Below, piece by piece: positions 1 to 8,461 of a stretch of DNA of 56,696 nucleotides. The notes beneath the pieces are model-generated. The model was not told where the DNA came from, did no database searches, and saw only the letters and a list, made by a program, of their open reading frames with translations. This DNA comes from a virus (lineage: Duplodnaviria; Caudoviricetes). Both the position numbers and the translations under genes were made by a program. Where the stretch lies: the IMG/VR virus record IMGVR_UViG_3300025326_000036, positions 1 to 56,696 of that record; one strand, given 5' to 3'. The number at the start of each line of letters is the position of its first letter. Within the stretch, counting starts at the first letter, position 1.

Positions 1-132
1 CCCGAACAGACCGCCGACCGCCCCGACCGCAGCAGCTCCAGCGATCACACGCCAGTCCATACACCCCACCGAGGGAGGCAACGAGCCGGTTGCCACGGCT
101 CCACCGAGACAGCTTGCTAGTCGCTTTTTCAT
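1..132 (-). CDS. Putative holin or small membrane protein (3' end outside window)
   Basis: ATG overlaps upstream stop (ATGA); hand translation MKKRLASCLGGAVATG...WRVIAGAAAVGAVGGLFG is hydrophobic and Gly/Ala-rich; lysis-region position. Confidence 0.4.
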   Translation of the reverse strand, partial: MKKRLASCLGGAVATGSLPPSVGCMDWRVIAGAAAVGAVGGLFG

Positions 133-527
133 GGTGCCTCCAATACCTTGTCTTCCTGCCACGCTGCCGATCCTTCCCCGCCGAGTCGGACGCCTCTGAG
201 TACCCACCATCGGCGTATCCCCCACATTCCGTCTTCCTTGCACCAGCGGTCAAGCTCCTGGTCGGCGGTCGGTCGCCAGCCGCAATCGAGTAGCCGCATA
301 CGCATGAGTTGGTAGAGAGCGTCATGCCCGAACGCTCCGCGTATGAAGTTCTTTGTATCTATCGTGGGTCCACTCGGTCCGTCGCTGGCGTAGCCTGCAC
401 GTAGGGTCAGCAGACCGGATGCAGTCAGGGTGATGAACGGGGTGATGATGTCGGCGGGGGGTCGGATGGCGGTCTGCACCGCGTAATCCTCGGCCAACCG
501 GTACTTGTAGCCGGCGCAATATTTCAT
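129..527 (-). CDS. DUF1353-like phage protein
   Basis: YASDGPS...GAFGHDALY...ADQEL...GVRLGG pattern typical of DUF1353; start moved to MKYCAG (ATGA overlap, GAGGTG RBS). Confidence 0.7.
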   Translation of the reverse strand: MKYCAGYKYRLAEDYAVQTAIRPPADIITPFITLTASGLLTLRAGYASDGPSGPTIDTKNFIRGAFGHDALYQLMRMRLLDCGWRPTADQELDRWCKEDGMWGIRRWWVLRGVRLGGEGSAAWQEDKVLEAP

Positions 528-748
528 CGCTTCACCTCGTACCGGAACTCGGCGCCGGCTTGCCAATTGGTCGTGCCATCATGGAACATCTCGCTGGTGG
601 CCCTGCCTACCTGGGCACGGTAGGTAACTCCGGTGAGGGTGTGACCACATCCAGTGAGCAGGAGGACCGCCGCAGCAAGCACAGCCGATCCGTAGCGGCG
701 TACAGTTTGGCAAGCGTCCGGTCGGCGCTGGTCCTGAGTTCCTTGCAT
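524..748 (-). CDS. Small lipoprotein (possible o-spanin)
   Basis: Hydrophobic stretch and lipobox VLLLTGC; start uncertain; overlaps ORF 607..816 in another frame. Confidence 0.45.
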   Translation of the reverse strand: MQGTQDQRRPDACQTVRRYGSAVLAAAVLLLTGCGHTLTGVTYRAQVGRATSEMFHDGTTNWQAGAEFRYEVKR

Positions 749-812
749 AATGTCTCCTGGCTCACCAGAGCGGCGAGGTTCGTGGCGGCAACGAGTGCTT
801 CCACGATGGCTC

Positions 813-995
813 TCACTGGGCGGCCTGCTGTGCGGCTTCATTCCGCTGACGGCAGTTACGGCACTCGACCGGGTTTCTCTTGGCACAGGCTTGGACGTTA
901 TTGCCATGGATGCAGTGACCCATGGCGTAGGAACAATACGCTCCACCCCGGGTGCCGTATGACTCCAGCATCTTGATACGGGCTGCGTCTTCCAT
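813..995 (-). CDS. Small Cys-rich hypothetical protein
   Basis: GAGGGGTGA RBS; directly follows endolysin. Confidence 0.45.
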   Translation of the reverse strand: MEDAARIKMLESYGTRGGAYCSYAMGHCIHGNNVQACAKRNPVECRNCRQRNEAAQQAAQ

Positions 996-1006
996 GGCTC
1001 ACCCCC

Positions 1007-1435
1007 TCAGACTATTTCAATCTCCCCCGCCTGCCATCTGGCCTGTTGCTTCTTCCACTTTGCCATCTCGACGTGGGGTAAATCCAATATGCTCTTAAAG
1101 TGCCCACCCCACGTTAAACCTAGTTCTTCGGCAATAGCACCCATCTTTTCAAAAAGGGATCGTGCGGCCCCCCAATCGAAATCGTTGTCTGCCTTGAGCG
1201 GCCACACGTCCACGGCGTAGCCGAAGTTGTGGGCTGACTGCCCGGGCTTGGCGTTGCTGACCACCTTGCCTGGAGCGGTGCGCCCCTGAGCGTATATCGT
1301 GCGCTGCTGTGCCATCGTGCGGCGGGCATCGCTGATTGCCCACTGACGGTTGGTGGCTGCCTCGGTGCGCTTGATCAGTTCTTCGACCAGCGGTCTGAAA
1401 TCAGGTTCCAACGTATCTATACGACTCACGGTCAC
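1007..1435 (-). CDS. Endolysin, peptidase M15 (L-Ala-D-Glu peptidase) family
   Basis: RT..QQ..IYAQGR, SAHNFGYAVD (SxH...D) and DLPHVE zinc-ligand motifs. Confidence 0.9.
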   Translation of the reverse strand: MTVSRIDTLEPDFRPLVEELIKRTEAATNRQWAISDARRTMAQQRTIYAQGRTAPGKVVSNAKPGQSAHNFGYAVDVWPLKADNDFDWGAARSLFEKMGAIAEELGLTWGGHFKSILDLPHVEMAKWKKQQARWQAGEIEIV

Positions 1436-1441
1436 ACCTCA

Positions 1442-3145
1442 CTATAATCTCATTGTTATCCCGTCAAGATATGCAGCCGCTGACGCTAGCGTCAGAACGA
1501 CTACCTCACCGTTGGTGTCTACCCTGATCGAACCCGGTACTCCACCTGTTCCAACGGTGAGATACCGTGCGGCGGTTGGACGCAACCCAACCGGCAGGGT
1601 CGCAATCACGGTACCAGTAGTTGCTGTACCACTTACAAATGCCCCTCTAAATGAAACGGTACCGTCTTCTTTCAAAACATAAGTCATTGTTGCCGTTGCA
1701 CTCCATCCGTTGACGAATGTTATGCCCGTAGCACTGTAGGCAACCCCGTAATTCAAAGAACTGGCCGAGCTAAAGACTTCTCCGTCTGCAGGAACCCCAC
1801 CGAATAAATTTTTATCGCCTAGATAATTATTGCTGCTGTATGCACCTGTAGCGAAATTCACAAACGTGGAAGTAGTAACACCTGGAAATATGTTCTTGTC
1901 TATGCTGGCAAGTGAGCAGTTGAGCACCATTATTCCATGCGCTACATTGGACCCACCACCTATGTTGTTGTCTTCAATAGTGACTCCGACGCTTTGATAA
2001 TCCGCTCCGTTAGTTCCACCAGCTTCACCGACTGTTATTTGTGCCGCGTATGGGCTGTCATTGACACCATATCCAGGGTATTGCTCAAACTGGTTGTAGA
2101 CTATCTTTATTTGCGATCCGTTTAATATCCTGATTTGACCCTTTTTTGTGGTAATGACGTTCCCTTGCACTAAGTGTGAGTATGAACCAAACTCGATATC
2201 AAAGACAATTCCAGTCTGCATAGAACCGAAAATATTATTGTAAAGAACCCTTTGTCCATCTGCACACTTGTGCAGGAATCCGACACCGTTTTCTAGCGTA
2301 TTACCTACTATATTTGAGAATGCCGCAGTGCTGTGGAATACAACAGCGTGCGCCCAAACCCCCTGTAGACTACAATCGGAGACGGTAAATTCAAATTGAG
2401 GGAGTACACCAGTACCGACGCCCTCTACATATACGGAACTCGCCCCGAGAGTGGAACCGGCAAAATACGCACCGATACCTGTCACACTCTGTCCTCGCAC
2501 ATCCCCGTTGCCGTTGTTCGATGTGACTGAGAAATTGAATATATTGTTGGCTGTATCGGTCACATACCCGACAATGGTTGTGGCATTCCGGGTGCCGGCC
2601 AATGATATATTTTTTGTGATCGTGAATATGTCGGTCCCGGTACTCGACACTTTGTAAGTAGTTGGTCTGAACCTGAGAACAGAGCCAGAGGGTAGCGCGG
2701 CAATCGCCTTGGTGACACCCGCTGTCATATCTGTCGTACCGGGGGTAGTATTGGTCTGGAAATAGTCAGGATAGCCATCGGACGTAGCGCCGAGTGTGAC
2801 CGCCCCCGTGCCAGCGAATACTTGCTGCAACGGCCACTGTGACGTGTCGCCCGTGTACCTGAAGGTGGTCGTGTTACCTATCGACCCGCCAGGCGCAACG
2901 CGCAACGTCCGGTCAGCCGGCCAGGCGTGCAGGGTGGCGCTGGAGATGTTCGACTGCACGGCGCTGAGGGCTGATGTGACCACCACCGTCTTGCCAGCAG
3001 CATCCGGCGCCACGGCAGCAGCAGCGAGGGTGGTCTTGACGGCGTAGGTGCCGTTGGCCCCTTGGACCAAGATGGCAGCGGGGGATGGTGAGCCGCAGCC
3101 ACACAGCAGGGTGACGGCGAGTAGTAATACGGTCAGGTGTCTCAT
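1442..3145 (-). CDS. Tailspike-like parallel beta-helix protein with N-terminal signal or lipoprotein peptide
   Basis: MRHLTVLLLAVTLLCGC N-terminus; DMTAGVTKAIAAL...YKVS pectate-lyase-3-like start, Asn/Gly-rich beta-helix; C-terminal FVNGW...LPVGLRP fibre-tip motif. Confidence 0.7.
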   Translation of the reverse strand: MRHLTVLLLAVTLLCGCGSPSPAAILVQGANGTYAVKTTLAAAAVAPDAAGKTVVVTSALSAVQSNISSATLHAWPADRTLRVAPGGSIGNTTTFRYTGDTSQWPLQQVFAGTGAVTLGATSDGYPDYFQTNTTPGTTDMTAGVTKAIAALPSGSVLRFRPTTYKVSSTGTDIFTITKNISLAGTRNATTIVGYVTDTANNIFNFSVTSNNGNGDVRGQSVTGIGAYFAGSTLGASSVYVEGVGTGVLPQFEFTVSDCSLQGVWAHAVVFHSTAAFSNIVGNTLENGVGFLHKCADGQRVLYNNIFGSMQTGIVFDIEFGSYSHLVQGNVITTKKGQIRILNGSQIKIVYNQFEQYPGYGVNDSPYAAQITVGEAGGTNGADYQSVGVTIEDNNIGGGSNVAHGIMVLNCSLASIDKNIFPGVTTSTFVNFATGAYSSNNYLGDKNLFGGVPADGEVFSSASSLNYGVAYSATGITFVNGWSATATMTYVLKEDGTVSFRGAFVSGTATTGTVIATLPVGLRPTAARYLTVGTGGVPGSIRVDTNGEVVVLTLASAAAYLDGITMRL

Positions 3146-3405
3146 TTACCCTCCAGCGCACTGATCCTGAGACCCATGCGTTCTATGTCAGATTGTATTG
3201 AGCGGTCGCTGTTGTCCAACCGGTTGATTTCTTTTGCCATCTCAGCCCTGATCGTGGGCGCTTGCCAGAACACCGAGTAACTGAGTAACCCCACCGCTAT
3301 ACCGCACAGTATCAAGACACCGCTCAATTTAGCCGATAACACGGACTCCTTGACCATCCGGTCGGTGAGGCAATTGGGCGTGAGGCAGGATTGGTTGTCA
3401 GGCAT
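3142..3405 (-). CDS. Single-TM coiled-coil protein (holin or i-spanin-like)
   Basis: One TM segment (GVLILCGIAVGLLSYSVFW) followed by coiled coil ending RISALEGK. Confidence 0.5.
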   Translation of the reverse strand: MPDNQSCLTPNCLTDRMVKESVLSAKLSGVLILCGIAVGLLSYSVFWQAPTIRAEMAKEINRLDNSDRSIQSDIERMGLRISALEGK

Positions 3406-3486
3406 AGTAGGTTCTCCCTGGACGTGGAGCGGGTGGGGGTTTGGGTTTTGGCTTAGGGCGCTTGACGGGCTTCACTGTGCGCTTGG

Positions 3487-3684
3487 TCATGCCCCCTCCG
3501 TGAGTAACTTATCGCAGAAATGCTTTGAAAATTCGTCAGCACTATCGTAGGAACACCCTTTCACCCAACGACCATCCCATGCGAGATAGCACTGGTCAGC
3601 CAAATGGTCAGGCGAGTCTACGTGGTCACACACCGCTGTGTTTGTCGTTGACCCGCATTTTCTACACGTCTTGATACCCATCAC
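3487..3684 (-). CDS. Small zinc-finger-like hypothetical protein
   Basis: CRKC plus further Cys/His; AAGGAGG RBS. Confidence 0.5.
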   Translation of the reverse strand: MMGIKTCRKCGSTTNTAVCDHVDSPDHLADQCYLAWDGRWVKGCSYDSADEFSKHFCDKLLTEGA

Positions 3685-3699
3685 ACCCCTCCTTGCATC

Positions 3700-4251
3700 C
3701 TATGCCCTATACCAGTTGTTATCCGTAACGGAGCGAACCAGCCTGGTGCCCACACCCTGCACATCGAGGTCCACGTACTCCTGACCCTGCACGGTGCCGG
3801 TTGCCGGTGTGATCCTGACCGGATTGGCCGATGAGTCGGTTTTGAATATTTCGTAGTAGGCGGGTGCCAGGGGATCGTCTGCGGATAGGATGTTGGCGTT
3901 GAACGTGGCGGCTGCGGCATCACCGAATATCTGGAGGGTTGCCCCGATGCTGCCGGTGTCGATGCCGGCTACCGTGTCTGCCGTGTAGATCATCAGACCG
4001 TCCTCATCGTAGAGCGCCATTGCATAGCTGCCGGATAGCCACACATCGGCTCGGCCACCGGCATCAAGTATGACGGGGTTGCTGTTGGGCGTCTGACCGG
4101 TGGCGTCGGTGTATGTTGATTTGGGGAAGCTTTGCCCGGGGCCAGCGACAGTGGTCGGTTGGGCGGTGTAGAGTAGAGCGCCGGCAGCCGGCATACCTGA
4201 CGACAGGAACTCGGCAAAGCGCGGCATGGGACAGAGGACTGTCAGAGACAT
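3700..4251 (-). CDS. Stand-alone tailspike head-binding (virion attachment) domain protein
   Basis: G.PAAGALLYT...TYTDATG..PNSNPVILDAGGRADVWL.GSY pattern typical of the N-terminus of podophage tail fibres. Confidence 0.7.
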   Translation of the reverse strand: MSLTVLCPMPRFAEFLSSGMPAAGALLYTAQPTTVAGPGQSFPKSTYTDATGQTPNSNPVILDAGGRADVWLSGSYAMALYDEDGLMIYTADTVAGIDTGSIGATLQIFGDAAAATFNANILSADDPLAPAYYEIFKTDSSANPVRITPATGTVQGQEYVDLDVQGVGTRLVRSVTDNNWYRA

Positions 4252-4338
4252 GGGGTACCCGCCTGTATGGGTTGAGAGCCGCTGGCCCGTTGCCGAGCGG
4301 CTGTGTGGATATGAGCATATTACGTGGCGTATGTCAAG

Positions 4339-7300
4339 CTATTTACCGCCTGTGACCGCGCTCAACGCTCCAGCGGCACCCTCAACCACTGCACCGCCTG
4401 CCGCCGCTGTGCCCTCGGGATCGGCCAGCATCTGGATGAAATACGGCTTGAGTGTGGTGGCTGCACGCTGGCTGATGTCCGAGTAGCGTTTGGCGCGGTA
4501 GATTTCCATCAGCGAGGCGGCTACGTTGCCGTCCAGCAAACCGTCCTGGATGATCTGGTCAACTCGCCCCTCGGCTGCTTTCATGGGGTTCTTGACCACC
4601 GCGCCGACCGCCCCCTTGACCGAGTTCATCAGCCAGCCGGCCTTGGCTAGTACGGCGCCGAACATGGATACCTTGTCGCCGAGCGCCAACAGGTCCAGCT
4701 TCTCAGCGGTGTTACTACCCCTGAGTGTGGCTACCACGTTACTGCGCTCCGATATTTCCAGAGTATGCGCCCAATCCATCACCGCCCGGGTGCTGCCGAA
4801 ATACTTACCGATGCTCGGACCAAACTGCTTCTTGGCGAATTTGATAGCCATGCGAGCCGACATGGTGGGATTACGCAGGGAGTCCACACCCAAGCCGTCA
4901 AGGTGGGCGCGTATCGCCTTGGGTAGTTGACCCTTGATGATCTGCTCCACGTCGCGTGTCAGACCGAGAGTATTCAGCACCTCGGCATTGTCTCCCAGGA
5001 ACCGCTCGGCTGCCGGTACGCTCATCACGCCGGTTGACGGCTCGATAGCGGCCTTGGTGAACCGTGTGACTACGTGCGGGTAGACTAGCTCGCCGGCTGC
5101 CTGCCGACCGGCTGTCATGCGGGCAGCCTGGTCAACGGGTCCGGTGGCCGGCACATACGGCATCTTGGCCCTGACCAGTTCAAACGCGCCACGGGGTGTG
5201 AACACCTTGTCGGGTATCTGCTCCAGCGGGGTATTCAGACCGCCGTACTGATCGCCCTTCTTGAGTATGCCAGCGATGGTGTCCCGGGCGAAGCGGTCTT
5301 TTTGTTCCTCGCGGGTGTACCGGCGTGCGCTGGCATAGCTGGCTGCCACATCCTCGGCTGGTTGGGCGGCTGTCAGGGTGTCGGTGAGTGTCTGGCGACG
5401 GGCGGTCAGTTCGGTGAGTGCGGGTGACTGTGGTGGTTTGTCCGTTGCATTTTTGAACTTACTAGGGTCACTGATATAATATACTGTGCTGTCTGCCTTT
5501 CCACCGGGGGTGTCTTTTACGTTTGTAAAGATTATCCCGTCATGACCCCCCGCTTTCATTTGTTCAATGTACTCTACAAGGGCTTTAGAGCGTATCTTTC
5601 CCTTATCATCAGTGTAATGTTTTGCCCCGTAGTCATAGCCGGTAGTATCTACTTTAAGCGGGTTTTTCAAATTAAGACGCCCGTGTAACAACGTGGTTCT
5701 GCCCTCAATTTTTTTTACGTCAGGTTCACCAAACATTTTTACAAGTTCTTCTCTTGAAAGTCCTGAATATCTATATTTTTCTGCCACGTCCTTGGTGCTG
5801 AACACAAAGCCGTTATTGGTTAAGTCTCCTGCTTGTTCCCCCGCACGGTCCAAAGATAAACCACCCTCATGAAGATGTCGGCTCCCGTGCCATACCTCTA
5901 TCCCCTCATCAGCCCCCGCGCCACCGACTGTCGGCACAGGTTTACCAGCCTTCTCATACGCCGCTGTCAACCGAGCCTGGTACATGGCGTCCGACTCGCC
6001 GGTCATCTTCATCATGCCCGGTTGAGTGCCCATGTCAGCACGCATAGCGACCAAGTCGGGCTTGGCGCCGGCTGCTTGCTCTGCTGCAATGCGCTCATCG
6101 AGTGTGGCCATCTGGCTGCGCACCTTGCTCGGGTATATGATACGCCCCTCATGGATAGCCACATCCCCCGCCTCGGCAGACTTGCCCATTGCCTCAAACG
6201 AATCCCACACACCCTGTTTGACGCGTTGCAATGCCGATGCAGCGGCCCGGTCGCCTGACTGTATCGCCTGACTGATCCTGCCGTCAATGGTCTCCTTGAT
6301 CGACTTGAGACCCCCTGCCGTCTTGTCAGCATTCTTGGCGAACGTAGCCACACCCTCTACGGCCTTGCGTGCGGTCTCGTCCAGGTTGCTATCGAGCGTG
6401 GTCTGTAAGGCGTCGTCAAACTCGGCTCGGGGCATCTCATACTTGAACTCGGGCTGGTTGAATAGCCGCTTGACCTCCGGTGCCACCTGAGCTTCCGACT
6501 CCTGCACCGACTTGACGATCCGCTCACCGGTCGTGCTGGCGTACTCGCTGGCTGGCATAGCCTCACCGCGACCTACCTGGCGGCCTACGCGGGTCAGAGC
6601 GGCATCGGCGTTGACGGCTGAGTTGAGGTTCACCCGCTCATCGAACGGCATGGCACCGTCGCTGGTACCCCGGGTCTTGTACTTGAGCCGCTGCTTCTGC
6701 TCCAGGGCGAGTAGTTTACCACCCTCACGCTGGCCGGCGCTCGACTGGAGGGGTCGCTGACCCGGGCGGTCGGCGTTCAGACGGTTGAACAGCGCGTCGT
6801 CGCGGTTGCGGGTGGCCTGCTTGACCTGAGCCAGCCGGTTACTGTCGGTGACGGTGGTGCGCTCAGCAAATCCCGGGTCGGTCGTCTTCCAGTTGCCATT
6901 GACACCTGTGGCTGCGTCACCGAACTCTTGGGCCGCGTTGATACGGTTACGGACGGGACTGAGCGGGGCGCCCCGCTGGATGAGGTTCTTGCCGCCCTGT
7001 ACCAGTGCGCCGGCACCCTTGGCAAGTAGCGCACCGCCCATCTCCAGACCGGCGCCTGTCGCAAGCTGGTTGACGGTCTTGCCTACCTGTTGTGTGGCTG
7101 TACGGTTCGGTACTCCCTCGATCATGTCGGCAAGCTGGTTGCCTGTCGCATAGCCGAGAGCCGAGCCGGCTACCGTGCCAGCCGTTGCACCCGGTATCGC
7201 GCCGACCAGCGGGATGGTCACACCTCCTGTCAGGCCGCCGACCGCCGCACCGCCGATGCCGCCTGCAACCGCTCCACCACCCTCAAGGATGGGTCGCACG

Positions 7301-7536
7301 GCGTCAGCTACACCCTTGCGTGTCGGGGTGCCGAGTGACTGACCCTTAGCTTTACCCCAATTGCGTACCCGGGTGCCAGCCGTACCCTCGTCGGCCAGGA
7401 AGTCGCTGGCTGTCTTGCGTGGGCCTGCGGGCGCCGTGCCACCGTGCTGCGCGGCAAGCTGATCGAGTATCCCACCGCTGCTGGCTGCTGGAGGCGCTGC
7501 GGCGTGCTTGGCTGCCAGGTCGTCAAGGATTCCCAT
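4339..7536 (-). CDS. Large DNA-ejection / internal virion protein with ART-PolyVal-like insert
   Basis: 1065 aa, Ala/Gly-rich hydrophobic N-terminal segment, last gene of ejection cluster; AT-rich insert ~5430-5910 with WHGS..GFVFST..LKNPL..GHDGII. Confidence 0.7.
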   Translation of the reverse strand: MGILDDLAAKHAAAPPAASSGGILDQLAAQHGGTAPAGPRKTASDFLADEGTAGTRVRNWGKAKGQSLGTPTRKGVADAVRPILEGGGAVAGGIGGAAVGGLTGGVTIPLVGAIPGATAGTVAGSALGYATGNQLADMIEGVPNRTATQQVGKTVNQLATGAGLEMGGALLAKGAGALVQGGKNLIQRGAPLSPVRNRINAAQEFGDAATGVNGNWKTTDPGFAERTTVTDSNRLAQVKQATRNRDDALFNRLNADRPGQRPLQSSAGQREGGKLLALEQKQRLKYKTRGTSDGAMPFDERVNLNSAVNADAALTRVGRQVGRGEAMPASEYASTTGERIVKSVQESEAQVAPEVKRLFNQPEFKYEMPRAEFDDALQTTLDSNLDETARKAVEGVATFAKNADKTAGGLKSIKETIDGRISQAIQSGDRAAASALQRVKQGVWDSFEAMGKSAEAGDVAIHEGRIIYPSKVRSQMATLDERIAAEQAAGAKPDLVAMRADMGTQPGMMKMTGESDAMYQARLTAAYEKAGKPVPTVGGAGADEGIEVWHGSRHLHEGGLSLDRAGEQAGDLTNNGFVFSTKDVAEKYRYSGLSREELVKMFGEPDVKKIEGRTTLLHGRLNLKNPLKVDTTGYDYGAKHYTDDKGKIRSKALVEYIEQMKAGGHDGIIFTNVKDTPGGKADSTVYYISDPSKFKNATDKPPQSPALTELTARRQTLTDTLTAAQPAEDVAASYASARRYTREEQKDRFARDTIAGILKKGDQYGGLNTPLEQIPDKVFTPRGAFELVRAKMPYVPATGPVDQAARMTAGRQAAGELVYPHVVTRFTKAAIEPSTGVMSVPAAERFLGDNAEVLNTLGLTRDVEQIIKGQLPKAIRAHLDGLGVDSLRNPTMSARMAIKFAKKQFGPSIGKYFGSTRAVMDWAHTLEISERSNVVATLRGSNTAEKLDLLALGDKVSMFGAVLAKAGWLMNSVKGAVGAVVKNPMKAAEGRVDQIIQDGLLDGNVAASLMEIYRAKRYSDISQRAATTLKPYFIQMLADPEGTAAAGGAVVEGAAGALSAVTGGK

Positions 7537-7547
7537 GTGTCACCACC

Positions 7548-8264
7548 TCAAATGCTTATTAACTCGCAGAGTATCCCGCAATCGCCCATAATCATTGGTT
7601 CGTGTCGCCCGCGTTCGGGGTCAAGTTCATCAAGCCATATATTTTTTTTGATTATCGGGAAACCGATGTCTCTTTCCATTTTTGCGCGGGATGCAAATAC
7701 TTCTGGAAAATCAACCCTGATTTTATTCCAATAACCCATACCACCCTTCACGCAACCGATACAGTTGTTGTTGTGGTAGCCTAGATCATACATTGCTGGT
7801 CGTCTGATTCCGCTTGCAGCGAGAACAGCGTGAGCGTGTTCCTTTGTCATTTCTCTATCAATGAGGGGGAATAGATGTTCATGATTCGGCATATTCGACA
7901 CTATGTCGGATGCTCTATCTTTCTCATCGAAATCTAGACCCCACACTATACGCAGATTGCCTTCATTCTCGTATTCAAACTGTTTACGTACTGTTCGTTT
8001 CAAATGTTTAGTGCATACTGCACCAGTTTGACGCGACCTAATGAATGAGTTATACCGGCATACTGAATCAACACTCTTAAATGGCGACTGCCATATCTCA
8101 ACCTCTTTCCCAAACCATTGTTCACAGTCTTTGACGAATCGCATGGAATCAGGATGTTGGTCGTCAATATGTGTGTACATGACACGCTGTATCTGGTCTA
8201 TGGCTAGCTTAATCGCAACTGCAGATGACCCACCCGCGCTAAAATAACCTACTGTTTGATCCAT
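7548..8264 (-). CDS. PAPS-reductase-family (PP-loop) protein, AT-rich moron
   Basis: FSAGGSS PP-loop, CTKHLK, FPLID, MYDLGYHNNNCIGCVKGG, C-terminal CGILC. Confidence 0.8.
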   Translation of the reverse strand: MDQTVGYFSAGGSSAVAIKLAIDQIQRVMYTHIDDQHPDSMRFVKDCEQWFGKEVEIWQSPFKSVDSVCRYNSFIRSRQTGAVCTKHLKRTVRKQFEYENEGNLRIVWGLDFDEKDRASDIVSNMPNHEHLFPLIDREMTKEHAHAVLAASGIRRPAMYDLGYHNNNCIGCVKGGMGYWNKIRVDFPEVFASRAKMERDIGFPIIKKNIWLDELDPERGRHEPMIMGDCGILCELISI

Positions 8265-8278
8265 TTCACCCCTCCAGG

Positions 8279-8461
8279 TTAGTGTTGTGCTAGACCTCTC
8301 ATAAACCAGTAGTATGCCTGACTGTCGATCTCACCTTGGCAGTGGTTACAGCGGTATTTCTTGTTCAGCGGCTTGTCGGGCGTGATGTCATGGAAGCTGT
8401 GATATTCACACTCAGCCAGCCGGCGATGGTTCTCTTTGACTGCATCGGCAGCGTGCGTCAT
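8279..8461 (-). CDS. Small zinc-binding hypothetical protein
   Basis: C..H...CNHC; ATGA overlap with upstream gene. Confidence 0.55.
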   Translation of the reverse strand: MTHAADAVKENHRRLAECEYHSFHDITPDKPLNKKYRCNHCQGEIDSQAYYWFMRGLAQH

